A stretch of 64,000 nucleotides of DNA from Mobula birostris (Eukaryota): the NCBI RefSeq assembly GCF_030028105.1, contig NC_092377.1:99516865-99580864 (forward strand). The letters are read 5' to 3'. Every line of letters begins with the position of its first letter. The first letter of the stretch is position 1. Positions 12,250 to 25,794 of this stretch are shown one piece after another. The translations under genes and the position numbers were made by a program. The notes below the pieces were generated by a model that had not been told where the DNA came from, did no database searches, and worked only from the letters and a program-made list of their open reading frames with translations.

Positions 12250-13305
12250 AGATAAAATCTGCAGACGCTGGAAATACAAACAACTCACACAAAATACTGG
12301 AGGAACTTAGCAGGCCAGGCAGCATCTATGGAAAAAAATACAGTTGATGTTTCAGGCCAAGACCCTTCAATGGGTCTGGAGAGTAAAAGATGAGGAGTCA
12401 GAGTTAGAAGGTGGTGGGGGCGGGGGGGGCGTGTGCAAGGGGAGGAAGAAACACAAGGTGATAGGTGAAACTGGGAGGGGGTGAAATAAAGAGCTGGGAA
12501 GTTGATTTGCGAAAGAGGTACAGAGCTGGAGAATGGGGAATCTAACAGGAGAGGACAGAAGGCCATGGAAAAAAGGGGGAGGAACAGCAAAGGGAGGTGA
12601 TGAGCAAGTAAGGAAATAAGGTGAGAGAGGGGAAAGTTGAGTGGGGAATGGTGAAAGGGGGGAGGGAGGCATTACCAGAAATTTGAGAAATTGATGTTCA
12701 TGTCATCAGGTTGGAGGCTACCCAGACAGAATATAAGACGTTGCTCCTCCAACCTGAGTGTGGCCTCAGCATGACAGTAGAAGAGGCCATGGACTGACAG
12801 GTCAGAATGGGAAGTGGAATTAGAATGGTTGGCTACTGCAAGATCCTGCTTTTTCTGGCAGACGGAGCGTAGGTGCTTGGCGAAGCGGTCTCCCAATCTA
12901 CTTTGGTTCTCACTGATATACAGGAGGCCACAATGGGAGCACTGGATACAGAAGATGATCCCAACAGACTCACGGGTGAGGTGTCACCTCACCTGGAAGG
13001 ACCGTTTGGTGCCATGAATGGTGGTGAGGGAGGAGGTGTAGGGGCAGGATAAGTGCCAGGAAGGAGACCGGTGAGGAAGGTTGAATGGTAGGGAGTCATG
13101 TAGAGAGTAATCCCTATGGAAAGCATAAAGTGAGGGAAGAAGGGAAAGATGTGTTTGGTAGTGGAATCCAATTGGAGATAACAGTATTATGAAGAATTAT
13201 GTGCTGGATGCAAAGACTGGAGGAGTTATAGGTGAGGACAAGAGGAACCCTATCCCTGGTGGGGTGGAGGGAGGATGGGGTGAGGGCAGTTGTGTGAGAA
13301 ATGAA
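12250..13305 (-). mobile_element. Penelope 3' fragment
   Basis: GDRFAKHLRSV..RLEEQRLIF.LGSLQPDDMN (12672-12896); decayed hammerhead at 12341-12378. Confidence 0.85.
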
Positions 13306-13309
13306 AGAG

Positions 13310-14058
13310 ATTCTGATCAGGACCTGGTCCGGGACTTGGGTTTGTCAAAGGCAAAAGCAGAATTACTCGGTCCAAGATTGCATGAATGGAATCTGTTGTC
13401 ACCAGGCACAAAAATTTCCATAAAGGATTTTGATATATTTGAGACTGGTCTTTCCCAGAATAACTGACGCCAAGTTTAGGGAAGGCATTTTTTGGTCTGC
13501 AAATCAAACAATTCACCAATAATGGGCAATTCAAATAATTTCAAGGGTATTGTTGAAAATTTTCTTGGCAACAATACAGAGCACCAAACTACGGGCAGCT
13601 GGTTGACAAAATGCTTCAAGCATACAAAACCATGAAGTGCAACATGTCACTAAAGATTCATGTTCTGCATTCCTATTTAGACTTCTTCCCTGCAAATCTT
13701 GGCACTGTCAGTGACGGGCACGGTGAAAGATTTCATGAGGACAATGCGGTCATGGAGAAACTGAATCAGGGCAACTGGAATCCATCAATGCAGGCTGATT
13801 ATTGTTGGACACTTAAGCAGGAAGTCTCAGACACTGAGTACAAATGAAAACCATCAACAAAACATTTTAACTTAGTTTAATTACTGCAAAGTTTCAGCAC
13901 CATTATGCAATTAAATGCATTATATTCAATAAAAGTTAATTTATTGTTTCTCTGACTTCCTACGTGAAATTGTATTTGTTTTCAGCTTCAAGCAACATGT
14001 TGTAACCACACAACAATTCTGAGTAAGCAGCACTTTTGAAAAGATTTGCTGTCCAGTG
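13310..14058 (+). mobile_element. DNA transposon remnant, probably Chapaev3/CMC
   Basis: DLVRDLGLSKAKAELLG.RL.EWNLL and MSLKIH.LHS.LDFFPANLG.VSD.HGERFH.D..ME...QG.W.PSM.ADYCW; ends in ...CCAGTG. Family assigned from recalled motifs. Confidence 0.7.
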
Positions 14059-14199
14059 TTATATGTTAGTTCTAGTTAGTTATTGGTCATTTAAAATTGT
14101 GTGTTTTTCACTCCTTCACTGAGATCTTCATCTTCTCTTGGTGTCCATGCTGTATAAAGAGGAGCCACTCTTCCAAGGACCTTGCTCTGTACAACTCCA

Positions 14200-14740
14200 G
14201 ATGATCTTAAACCTCAACGTGGCTCAGCAGCCATGGGAGGGTCCCTCGATTTCACACTGGGGAGAGACTGTTCACCTGCTCTGTGTGTGGGACGGTATTC
14301 ATTCAGTCACTGAGCTACAGACACATCAGAGAGTTCACACTGGCCGGAGTCCTTACAACTGCTCTTTTTGTGTGAGAGAGTTTCCTTGCTCATCCCACCT
14401 GCAGACACACCAGTGAGTTCATACATACCTGTCCTGTATGAGGAAGGAGGTTTACTCGATCATCCCACCTGCTGACAAATCACCAACTTCACACAGAGGA
14501 GATAGTTTAAATAAATCTGTGTTGAACTTTTAACCATTATGTTTGTTGAATCCAGTTGCAAGTTGAAGAGTGACTATTGGTGTCAGATTCTGCAGTTATT
14601 GCTACTGTTTATCACACCTGGAACCAAACCCTCGTCACTGGACACGGGAGGGGTTTGTTCTGATGACATTAGTCTTCAGCTGGAAAGGAGTTAATTATTG
14701 GGGATCTGTTACAAATAAATCACTTCTAGTTTAAATCATT
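14200..14740 (+). pseudogene. Second C2H2 zinc-finger pseudogene, paralog of 740-1440
   Basis: QTHQRVHTGRSPYNCSFCVREFPCSSHLQTHQ*; 3' UTR aligns with 1215-1440; lacks the Penelope insertion. Confidence 0.85.
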
Positions 14741-17700
14741 TTCTTTCAATCAATTCTCTTTTAAATCGACACAATTTACCCGCACAAAGTGCTGAAGGAA
14801 CTCAGCAAGTCAGGCGGCATCTATGGAGGGCAATAAACTTGATGTTTCTCCCCCAATCACCCTCTCTCCCTGCCTCAGGATCTCCCCCAACCCCCTATTT
14901 TTAGGTCATCCCTCTCACCAGTCTTTGTGTTGCTCTCCACTCCTCTCCTCTACCCCTTCCCTCAGTCACTCACTTTCCTTTCTCTTTGTCAGCCCTTCCC
15001 TTCACTAGGACACTCCCTGACGTTTTCTCGCGATTATCAGTTGACGCATTCCCCTACTCATTCTGAGACTACCCAATCCCTTCCTCATCACCTTCATCTC
15101 TTAGATCACCCCCTTCTCACAACCCCATAACTTCCATCACTGAGTTACCCCTACCCCTTATAAATCCCTGCTCACTCCTGTCTCTGGGTCACCCCTTCCA
15201 CATCCCCCTCAGCCTGTTCTGTTTTAGCCCTCCCCCCTCACCACACCCACCCCTCCCACTTCCCCCCCACCCTTAGTTTTTGCACTTCTGCACCTGCTCT
15301 CTATGCTGCCCTTTTCTAAGCTTCTCCCCTTAACCCCACCCTCTATCCATCTCTGGGTTACCCTCTTGCCCACCACTCCTACCATTTCTTGGTCGGTAGT
15401 CAGTTCAGGTCCACTTAAAGCTTCCTCATCGTCCCTGTTGTGCTTTGTACTCCAAAACATAAAAACTAAATTGTGGAGAGAATGAATTATTTGAACAAAG
15501 AATGCTTAATCAAACGGTATATGCACACACACAATATTTCTGCAATATTAATAGATTAGTTTTTCTGTTATAGAGTACAAAACATAACAAGTACACCTCT
15601 TCAGGAGGGGTCAGGTGGAATGCATTGATCCAAATGTTGTATGTGGACTGATCCAGAAGATGCAGGATAATTAAAATGAAATTGGACACTGGCTCAGCTG
15701 TTTCAGTCATTCCACAAAATCGGATTGAATGGAATTTCAAAGATACTGATCTGAATCCTGCAGATATCCAACTAACAGTAAAGAAAACTCCGGTGCGAAT
15801 AACATTCGTAACAACCACCAAAAAGAGGGCCAGCATTGTGGGGCCATGATTGGCTGAGACAACTAAACTCGATTGGAGATTCATCCACCAGTTGCATACC
15901 ACATTCCCTGTGAAAAAGTCAACTGGAAGTGCTAATAAAGGTAATGGATAATGCCACAGCACTGTATAGGGATGGTGTTAGAAAACTCAAACATATCAAG
16001 TGTAAAACATTGTTAAATAAAAATGCCACACCAAATTTTACAAAGTCTGTCTGGTTCCTTATACCATCCATGATAAAGTAGCCAGTGAGCTGGATTGCAT
16101 GGAGACTGAAGGAATTCGTTCCATAGTTGAGTGATGCCCATGGACAACGCCAGTGGTCCCGGTAGCCAAGAAGAATGGGTCTGTCAGGATCTGTGGTGAT
16201 TTTAACTTCACCATCAACCCTGTACTGAAAGTAGATCAATGTCCTCTACCCAGGATAGAGGATATCTTTGCAAACCTTTCTGGAGGAAAATATTTCAGCA
16301 AAGTGGACTTAGCTGAGGCCAACCTGCAAATAGATGATTTCAAAGTGTTTCTCACCATAAAAAACACAAAGGGCTTTATCACTATAATAGGCTTGTTTTT
16401 GGAGTAGCATCTGCTCCTGCTCTCTAGCAGAAGGCTCCAGACCATGTGCTGAAAGGACGCCCAGGCACTCAGTGTTACCTAAATGACACCATTGTTATCA
16501 GTAAGGATGGCAAGGAACATCTTCAAAATTTCAAGACAGTGTTAAAACGATTAGAAGATTATGGGCTCAGAACATGATGCAACAAGTGTGAATTCTTTAA
16601 ACCAAGGATTACTTACTGTGGTCACTAAGTTGCAAAACTATTTCAAAATCCAAACAAAACAATTGCTGCTTGCCTGTGACCGTACAGATTCGTTACACTT
16701 CCATGATGTGCCCATGGCTCCAAAGATTGCTCCAAACATCGAAGCATTTAGTACATCCTTTACTAACATTAGCAAATATACAATTAAGCATAATTGAGCA
16801 TTCTCTCAGCATTATTCGGTGGTCAACAAAAGATATGATCTTCGCTGGTCCCAAGCTACAAAGTGCCATGAAATAAGCAAGAATACATAACTTATTCTCT
16901 TTGCTTTTACCACACCCCCATTCATGTGAGTGGTTACCATAGGGAAAGTAATAAAGTCGCAACACAGAATAGAAAGCAAATAGAGAATAGGTTCATGGAT
17001 CCTACATTCCAGCCCCTTAATTATTATACTGTAATAATTACAATTACATGTTACTACGGTACAGGAAACATGAAATCTCAACATTTACACAAATGTCCTC
17101 TTTTGGTAAGCAGTCTGTCCTGGATTGAGATCTTCTCCTGTGAAACCAGGTGGTCCCTCTTCACTGCATTCAGGAAAAGCTGTCTTGAATCTGTTGCCAA
17201 CACTCATTTAAATGCAACACTGAAGCCCCATTAACTGTCAGCTCTGGCTGAGCATAGTCTCTTCCACCGCTATGGTCTCCTTTCAATGGTCCATCAGCAG
17301 TCCAACCCAGCATTGTTCTGATTGTGTAGAGTCCAACATTAACACTGCAAATTACTTGTAATGGTTCCAATGCCACACATACATTTACCCCGATTAGCAG
17401 CTCAATTTCAGTAAATAAACATGCTTCAGGTGAGACCATTCCTGAAGATCTCTCTGACGAGGAGTAGGAAGGCATAGACATTAGGCAGGTCACAATAGTT
17501 TTCACTATCTAAGTCAGCCACTTCCAATCCTGAAAGGAAGTAGCTATTTACAACTTTCTCTTGGCCCACAGTGCATAAGAGAATGAATGGGTGTTCCTTT
17601 TCCTGTCAGATTGAGTTTGTTCATGAGGCTCACTGTGCAGAACACTGCTGTACTTCCTTGATCTAGGAAAGCATAAGTAATCACTGTCTTGTTATTCTTC

Positions 17701-19077
17701 TTAGACTTCACCTGAACTGGAATGATAGGAAGTTTACAATCATGATCACCAGCCTCCGTAAGGCCAGTAGATACTAGGGTGGTACTCGCTGCTGTGTTTG
17801 CTTATTTCGAATCTACACACTCTCATCAGGTCCAGGTTCAGTTTCAGCTCCACTTTCCACAGGAGCCACAGAAGTGGCAAAACAGCTTCCTTTAGTTTGA
17901 GAATGAATTTGTGATCCAGTTTTGTGCACACCTTCACTTACTGTCAATGATGTAGCATTGTATCTTTTTCCAAACACTGGGTATGTCGCAATCTTTACTT
18001 GCCTTTCGATAAAATCCACAATGTCAGTGACAGTAACCTTATGGTTGTACCTTTCTGGCAGTTTACAAGCTGCTGGTCTCCATTTCTCCAAACTTCATCG
18101 GGGAATTCATTGTCAACAATCCTTACTTTAGCAGCCATGTCCAACTCAGGCATATCCTGCACATCTCCCATGGTAATGGAACAGCTTCTAAGAAAAAGAC
18201 TGTAGTCTTGAAGAGCTTCTACAGCTTCTGATTTGATATGTGGCCTAGAAAGAGGCCTTTCCACGTAGACCGCAGCAATTTTGTGCTCTACACCAAAATG
18301 TTTCTGTAGTAAAGCTTGGGCCTTTAGAGATCCTTGCTCTGGGCTGGCCCACTGACAACGTTTGACAAGCTCTCTAAGGTATCTTTCAGTGAACAGTTTG
18401 AGAAAATAAAGATAGTCACGATAATTATCGGTCCTGTGTTCAAAGCTGTTGTTGAAAGCCCTCATAAATGAATCGCCATCGACAATGTGAATCTCTCTTT
18501 CAGGCAGGGATACAATCTGTTGTGGTTGTAGCACTATGCTTGTTATTTTCTTTTGTGTTCTTGTGGCCTCAAGCGTGGCATTTAGACCTTTATTATCTGA
18601 AACACGATTGCCTTCATACTGAAAATCAATGTTCTCAGAAGCACCTTGTGTTACTGGACATGGCAAAGGTTCAGAGTACCTCCTTGGTGCAGCCTGAGAG
18701 TGAACTGCCTCTTGGGGTTCTAAATCATGACTCATACACATTTATTCCTTAGACTCCTTGCCATTGGATTTTCTCTGTTATATATCAACATTGAAACACT
18801 AATTGGAGAACTGCTCTGCTGGAGCATGTTTAGCACAAACAGCACTTGAAGCCTTTGCACTTTAACTTTGGCCATCTTGCCTGCAATTTTCTCCTGCAAC
18901 TTAAGCTGTTCCATTTTTCTCCAAAGCTAATATTCCACACCTTTTTGGTTTCTCCAAAGCTGTTCCATGTTTTCTTCCTGGTCTCTACAAAGCAATTCTG
19001 TCTGTTCTGCCAAGGTGTGTCTATCCCTCAGTATCTGTTGTATTGTGCATAACTCAGCAAAATCAGCCTCCAACTTA

Positions 19078-20605
19078 GTCAGAATCAGGTTTAATATCAC
19101 TGGCATACGTTGTGAAATTTGTTAACTTTGCAGCAGCAATACAATGCAATAAATGAAAATAGAGAAAAAACTGAATGACAGTATCATCACAAGCCTGGGC
19201 GGAAGGTATGGAAATCCTGAGATGCCCAGTCGTCAAGATCCCCCTCTCGGCCTCACTGGTGTAGTCCAAAGGAAAGCTCATGAAGCAATACGTTTGGCAC
19301 CAGCTTGGCTACAGGAGCTGCCAGAAGGATGTTCAATGACATCCAGCCGCCTTAGGGGCTCCACTCCGGATTTGCTGTCTGGGTTTACTCCCATTGCCTC
19401 CACCTCTCCTGAGGCTGCCTATAAGGCAGTGGGACTATTAACTGACAGCTGGGGATCTGGTTCATAAGCACCAGGGCGTGTCCTACGTGCTGTGTGTGCT
19501 GGGGCCAGACCTCCTCCCTGTCCTCTGTAGTTCAGTCTGAGTCTGAAAGGAGTTCAGTTACCATGTGTCACCAGTGAGGAGAAACCACATGCAGAAAAGA
19601 TATATATAAAATAGTTAAATTGAAATAAATAGTGCCAAAACAGAAATTTAAAAAGTACTGAGGTTGTGTTCATGGGTTCATTGTCCATTTAGAAATCGGA
19701 TGGCAGAGGGGAAAACGCAGTTCCTGCATTGCTGAGTGAGTGCCTTCAGACTTCTGTACCTCCATCCCGATGGTAACATTGAGAAGAGGGCATGTCCTGG
19801 GTGGTGGAGATCCTTAATGATGGACACCAGCTTCCTAAGGCACTGCTTCGTGAAGATGTCTTGGATACTACAGAAGCTAGTACCCAAGGTGGAGCTGACT
19901 AATTTTACAAGTTTCTGCAGCTCACTTCAATCCTGTGCAGTAGCACACTCTCCCCAACCCCCACACCATACCAGACAGTGATGCAGCCTGTCAGAATTCT
20001 CTCCATGGTTCATCTATACAATTTTTTGAGTGTTATAAGTGACAGACCAAATCTCCTCAAACTCCTAATGAAATATAGCCGCTGTCTTGCCTTCTTTATG
20101 GCTACATCGATATGTTGGGATCAAGTTAGATCCTCAGAGATATTGACACCCAGGAACTTGAAATTGCTCCCTCTCTCCACTTCTGATCCCTCTCTGAGGC
20201 CTGGTATGTGGTCCCTCATCTTACCCTTTCTGAAGTTCACAATCAGCTTTTTGATCTTGAGTGCAAGGTTGTTGCTGTGACTCCTCTCAACCAGCAGGTA
20301 TATCTTGAATATCTATGCCTACCAAATCACCATCTGAGATTCTGCCGACAATGGTTGTATCATCAGCAAATTACTAGATGGCATTCTAGCTAAGCCTAGC
20401 CACACAGTCATTGGTATAGAAAGAGTAGACCAGTGGACTAAACACACATCCGTGAGATGTGCCTGTGTCGATTGGCACCAAGGTGGAGATGTTATTACCA
20501 ATCCACACAAATTATGGTCTTCTGGTTAGGAAGTCGAGGATACATTCACAGAGGGAGGTACAAAGGCCCAGTTTCTGTAGCTTTTTGATAAGGACCATTG
20601 GAACG
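19078..20605 (-). mobile_element. 5'-truncated Rex1/Babar-type LINE inside BEL
   Basis: KKLQKLGLCTSLCECILDFLTRRP, NFKFLGV, HPGHALFSMLPSGWRYRSL; the BEL frame joins across it. Confidence 0.75.
19185..19590. mobile_element. RTE-like fragment inside the Rex1/Babar 3' UTR
   Basis: GCAATACGTTTGGCACCAGC..CAGGAGCTGCC motif recalled from RTE elements; interrupts an A-rich tail. Confidence 0.5.
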
Positions 20606-21964
20606 ATTTGCACCAATGTGGTATCAGATGCATGGGTTGCTCTGCTAGTGACTGCAGAATGTGCTGCACACACGTTGGACACACTGTCTTTAACTTTATC
20701 TGTAGTCACAGCCCGTTCTTTGTCTTAGTAATCTCCCCCAGGGAATTGACCTTCAACGTCACATGTTTGATTAAGTTTTCTCTTAGTCTTGTCGGCAAGA
20801 TTACTGCTTCCAGCTGAACTCATTTTGTCTTCCAAGTGCACAAACCAGTTAAGACAATGGCAGTTCAATTCTTCAGCTTTTAACAATGGAAACAATTTAA
20901 TTCTTCAGCTTTTCAACAGAACCAAGGGTTGAACTCTTCAGGCAAACACCACTATACACCAATTGTACACAGCAGTGTTTGACCATACAAAACTGTCTTT
21001 CAAATCCAAAAACCCACAGCGTAAATCACCAAAAGGTCAATACTTGCCACAATCTGCTCTGGGCTGCAGTGCTTCTAATTTTTTGGAGACATCCGAAAGC
21101 TGATGTTCATTTGGTATAACTGTCAAAAACCATTCCTGACACAAATGCAGTGGCAAAACTAATCCAAAATCAAAACAGAACAATTATCCCTTGCCTGGGA
21201 TTGTAGGGACTTGTTTACTTGCGTGGCGCACCCACAGCTTCAACGATTGCATCAACCATCAAAGCCTTTATTTGATCCTTTATTAGCAATTAACAAATAT
21301 ACAATTAATCATAATTGAGTGTTAACTCATTGTTATTTGGCAGTCAGTAAAAGATCCAACCTCCACCTGTCATAACTTATTCCCTTCATTTTTACCATGT
21401 CTCCCCTAATGTGACTAGTTACCATGATAAATGCACAACACAGAAATCAAAACAGATAGGGAACAGATACATAGTTCTTACAGACACTATTGATTCACAA
21501 ACATGCTGAGAAAATTCAAGCAGTAGTGGATGCCCCAAGGCCAAAGGATGGACCACATTTATGCTCCTTTTCAGCATTCGTCAATTCCTGCCAAACCTGG
21601 CTACTATGCTTTACCCCTTGAGCTTGGGAACAAATGGCAATGGACAAAGCAGTGTGAGCTGGCTTTCCAAAAGGTAAAGGAAATGGTGACCTCAGACACC
21701 GTACTCACACATTATGATCCAAATTGTTCAGCAAAATTTGCCATGCACTGTTCAGCATGCCTGAGATTGTTTCGCAGCCACAAGTCTCATCTGCCAAGCA
21801 GAATGATACCCCCTTGTCAGGAAAGAAGTTATGCAACAAGAGTAAGAAAGCCTCCACAACAATTAAATCTTTAGGTCTGACTGGAACAAATTAATATTTT
21901 ATTTAAAATACAAATACAGTAAGTTTAGATCCCTTCTACATTGAGCTAAACTATAGAAGTTAGT

Positions 21965-24900
21965 TATAACTTCAGAGACCTGGCTTACTTGAAAGATCAG
22001 ATTAGGACAAGAAGGTGAAATACACTGTAGCAGTGACAAACAGATTTGAAGCTCTGACAGTGGAGAACACACCAAGCTGGTTGAAGTTTAAAAAGGCAGT
22101 GCTGGATGTGTCAAATGAGTGATAATGAAAATGAGAAAAGAGAAGAGAAAAGGTTGACAGATTTGCTGGATGATATTTATGATAGCGGAGAAATACCTGA
22201 GGAGATGAGCAAGTCAGTAATTATTGAACTGTCATAAAAACCTAGAGCAGTTGAACATGAGTTACACCAGACAATTTGACGAGTCATGGTGTGAAAGTCC
22301 TGTTATGAATCATTATGATGAAGGCAAGAAAAATCATGGAACTGGAGATTGTGCAAGAGTAGTGTGTCTTCACTGAAAATAGTGAAAGATAAAATGCAGT
22401 CTTCCTCCTCAGAATGATTTGTGAGCACTCAATTGAGGTCCAGAAAGACCTCTACCTATCTTTCATTGATTACACCAAAGGTTTTGATAAGGTGAGACAT
22501 GAAGAGCTTATAAAAATCCTTCAGCACTTGGGCATTGATAGGAACTGTATTAAATCATCAGAAATTTGTATTAGGAACAAAGAGCAGGATTGAGAGTTGA
22601 ACATGAGACATGTGGTTTTGACCAGATAAAGAGGGGAGTCAGACAAAATAACAAATGAGAAAGTGTTGTGAAAAGCTGGAATAAGAAACATAAAGTTGTA
22701 GTGGTAGGGGATTTTAATTTTCCATATATTGATTGGGACTCCCATACTGTTAGGGGTCTAGATGGTTTAGAGTTTGTAAAATGTGTTCAGGAAAGTTTTC
22801 TAAATCAATATTTAGAGGGAACAACTAGAGGGGATGCAATATTGGATCTCCTGTTAGGAAACGAGTTAGGACAAGTGACAGAAGTCCGTGTAGGGGAGCA
22901 CTTTGGTTCCAGTGATAATAACACCATTAGTTTCAACTTGATCATGGACAAGGATAGATCTGGTCCTAGGGTTGAGGTTCTTAACTGGAAGAAGGCCAAA
23001 TTTGAAGAAATGAGAAAGGATCTAAAAAGCGTGGATTGGGACAGGTTGTTCTCTGGCAAGGATGTGATCGGTAGGTGGGAAGCCTTCAAAGGAGAAATTT
23101 TGAGAGCGCAGAATTTGTATGTTCCTGTCAGGATTAAAGGCAAAGTGAATAGCAATAAGGAACCTTGGTTCTCAAGGGATATTGCAACTCTGATAAAGAA
23201 GAAAAGGGAGTTGTATGACATGTATAGGAAGCAGGGAGTAAATAAGGTGCTTGAGGAGTATAAGAAGTGCAAGAAAATACTTAAGAAAGAAATCAGGAGT
23301 GATAAAAGAAGACATGAGGTTGCCTTGGCGGTCAAAGTGAAGGATAATCCAAAGAGCTTTTACAGGTGTATTAAGAGCAAAAGGATTGTAAGGGATAAAA
23401 TTGGTTCTCTTGAAGATCAGGTTGGTCGCCTATGTGCGGAACCAAAGGAAATGGGAGAGATCTTAAATAGGTCTTTTGCATCTGTATTTACTAAGGAAAC
23501 TGGCATGAAGTCTATGGAATTAGGGGAAACAAGTAGTGAGATCATGGAAACTGTACAGATCGAAAAGGAGGAGGTGCTTGCTGCCTTGAGGAAAATTAAA
23601 GTGAGTAAACCCCCAGGACCTGACAGGGTGTTCCCTCGGACCTGAAGGAGACTGGTGTTGAAATTGCAGGGGCCCTGGCAGAAATATTTAAAATGTCGCT
23701 GTCTACAGGTGAGATGCCGGAGGATTGGAGAGTGGCTCATGTTGTTCCGTTGTTTAAAAAAGGATCGAAAAGTAATCCAGGAAATTATAGGCCGGTAAGT
23801 TTAACGTCGGTAGTAGGTAAGTTATTGGAGGGAGTACTAAGAGACAGAATCTACAAGCATTTGGATAGACAGGGACTTATTAGGGAGAGTCAACATGGCT
23901 TTGTGCGTGGCAGGTCATGTTTGACCAATCTATTGGAGTTTTTCGAGGAGGTTACCAGGAAAATGGATGAAGGGAAGGCAGTGGATATTGTCTACATGGA
24001 CTTCAGTAAGGCCTTTGACAAGGACCCGCATGGGAGGTTAGTTAGGAAAATTCAGTCGCTAGGTATACATGGAGAGGTGGTAAATTGGATCAGACATTAG
24101 CTCAGTGGAAGAAGCCAAAGAGTGGAAGTAGAGAATTGCTTCTCTGAGTGGAGGCCTGTGACTAGTGGTGTGCCACAGGGATCAGTGCTGGGTCCATTGT
24201 TATTTGTCATCTGTATCAATGATCTGGATGATAATGTGGTAAATTGGATCAGCAAATTTGCTGATGATACAAAGATTGGAGGTGTAGTAGACAGCGAGGA
24301 AGGTTTTCAGAGCCTGCAGAGGGACTTGGACCAGCTGGAAAAATGGGCTGAAAAATGGCAGATGGAGTTTAATACAGACAAGTGTGAGGTATTGCACGTT
24401 GGAAGAACAAACCAAGGTAGAACATACAGGGTTAATGGTAAGGCACTGAGGAGTGCAGTGGAACAGAGGGATCTGGGAATACAGATACAAAATTCCCTAA
24501 AAGTGGCGTCACAGGTAGATAGGGTTGTAAAGAGAGCTTTTGGTACATTAGCCTTTATTAATCGAAGTATTGAGTATAAGAGCTGGAATGTTATGATGAG
24601 GTTGTATAAGGCATTGGTGAGGCCGAATCTGGAGTATTGTGTTCAGTTTTGGTCACCAAATTACAGGAAGGATATAAATAAGGTTGAAAGAGTGCAGAGA
24701 AGGTTTACAAGGTTGTTGCCGGGACTTGAGAAACTCAGTTACAGAGAAAGGTTGATTAGGTTAGGACTTTATTCCCTGGAGCGTAGAAGAATGAGGGGAG
24801 ATTTGATAGAGGTATATGAAATTATGATGGGTATAGATAGAGTGAATGCAAGCAGGCCTTTTCCACTTAGGCAAGGGGAGAAAAAAACCAGAGGACATGG

Positions 24901-25560
24901 GTTAAGGGTAAGGGGGGAAAAGTTTAAAGGGAACATTAAGGGGGGCTTCTTCACACAGAGAGTGGTGGGAGTATGGAATGAGCTGCCAGACAAGGTGGTA
25001 AATGCGGGTTCTTTTTTAACATTTAAGAATAAATTGGACAGATACATGGATGGGAGGTGTATGGAGGGATATGGTCCGTGTGCAGGTCAGTGGGACTAGG
25101 CAGAAAGTGGTTCGGCACAGCCAAGAAGGGTCAAAAGGCCTGTTTCTGTGCTGTAGTTTCTATGGTTCTATGGTTCTAAGAAAAGAACAGTTATCATCAA
25201 TCAGAAAGTGGCAGCTGTGATTTCTGGGGACATGTACTAATGACATGTACGAGAAAAGGTTGAGTTCAACAGTGCATGGCATTCAAGAGTTACATCAAGG
25301 GATGGTCAAGCAAAAATTTTGAAGAGCGAATTAGAACTTCTCAGATCAAAAATAGATGGAAGACCATGATTGCCCATATCAAACAACATGGCACATAATG
25401 ATGGGGGCTGGGTGCACAGAGGGTACCCCAGAGGCAGGGAAGAGGAGATATGGGTGGGTGTCCCAGGGACTTGAGGTGGGGGATGGCACCCCAAAGAGAA
25501 AAGTGAAGGGAGAAGGCAGCGTACCACAGGAGCAAGGGTGAGAGGTGTCAGAGCAACCGA
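21965..25560 (+). mobile_element. Decayed RTE-clade LINE split by CR1
   Basis: VAVTNRFEAL, QKDLYLSFIDYTKGFDKVRHEEL; continues after 25184 (LGHVL..., WKTMIAHI). Confidence 0.75.
22689..25176 (+). mobile_element. Young 5'-truncated CR1 LINE with 7-bp TSD
   Basis: APE (GDFNFP) and RT (NYRPVSLTS, GVPQGSVLGP, FADDTK); one 1-bp deletion near 23642 and one TAG at 24098; TAAGAAA at 22682-22688 and 25177-25183. Confidence 0.95.
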
Positions 25561-25794
25561 GAGATGGGAGGGGGAAAGCTATTTGTGTATTTAATATCTC
25601 AATAATATTTGAGTAATCTTTTATGTATATTGTTTGATTAAGCATTCTTTGTTTGTTCAAATAATTCATGTATGAAGTACATGAATGGCATATGTCATCA
25701 CACCACCATGTGAGAAGTGCATGCCTCGCTTAAATTAGATATGCATTATGGACTCTCCATGTTTCCCTTTCAATTAGTTTTCTTTTCAACAGTC

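Larger units (their letters stand above)
16630..21482 (-). mobile_element. BEL/Pao LTR retrotransposon remnant with two diverged LTRs
   Basis: Gag LPEREI..DGD..FMRAF..YLYFL (17995-18741); protease PIIPVQVKS..TYAFLDQGS near 17650; LTR homology between 16630-16780 and 21152-21300; minus strand starts TGTAAGAAC. Confidence 0.8.
15556..25791 (+). mobile_element. Internally deleted Gypsy retrotransposon split by nested insertions (pieces 15556-16625, 21483-21960, 3' LTR about 25580-25791)
   Basis: Protease MKLDTGSAVSVI; RT TPVVPVAKKNGSVRICGDF..LPRIEDIFANL; ITYCGH resumes as TIDS..EKIQAVVDAPRPKD after 21483; terminal RVRKPPQQLNL*; purine-rich tract and LTR ending CAACA. Confidence 0.8.
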
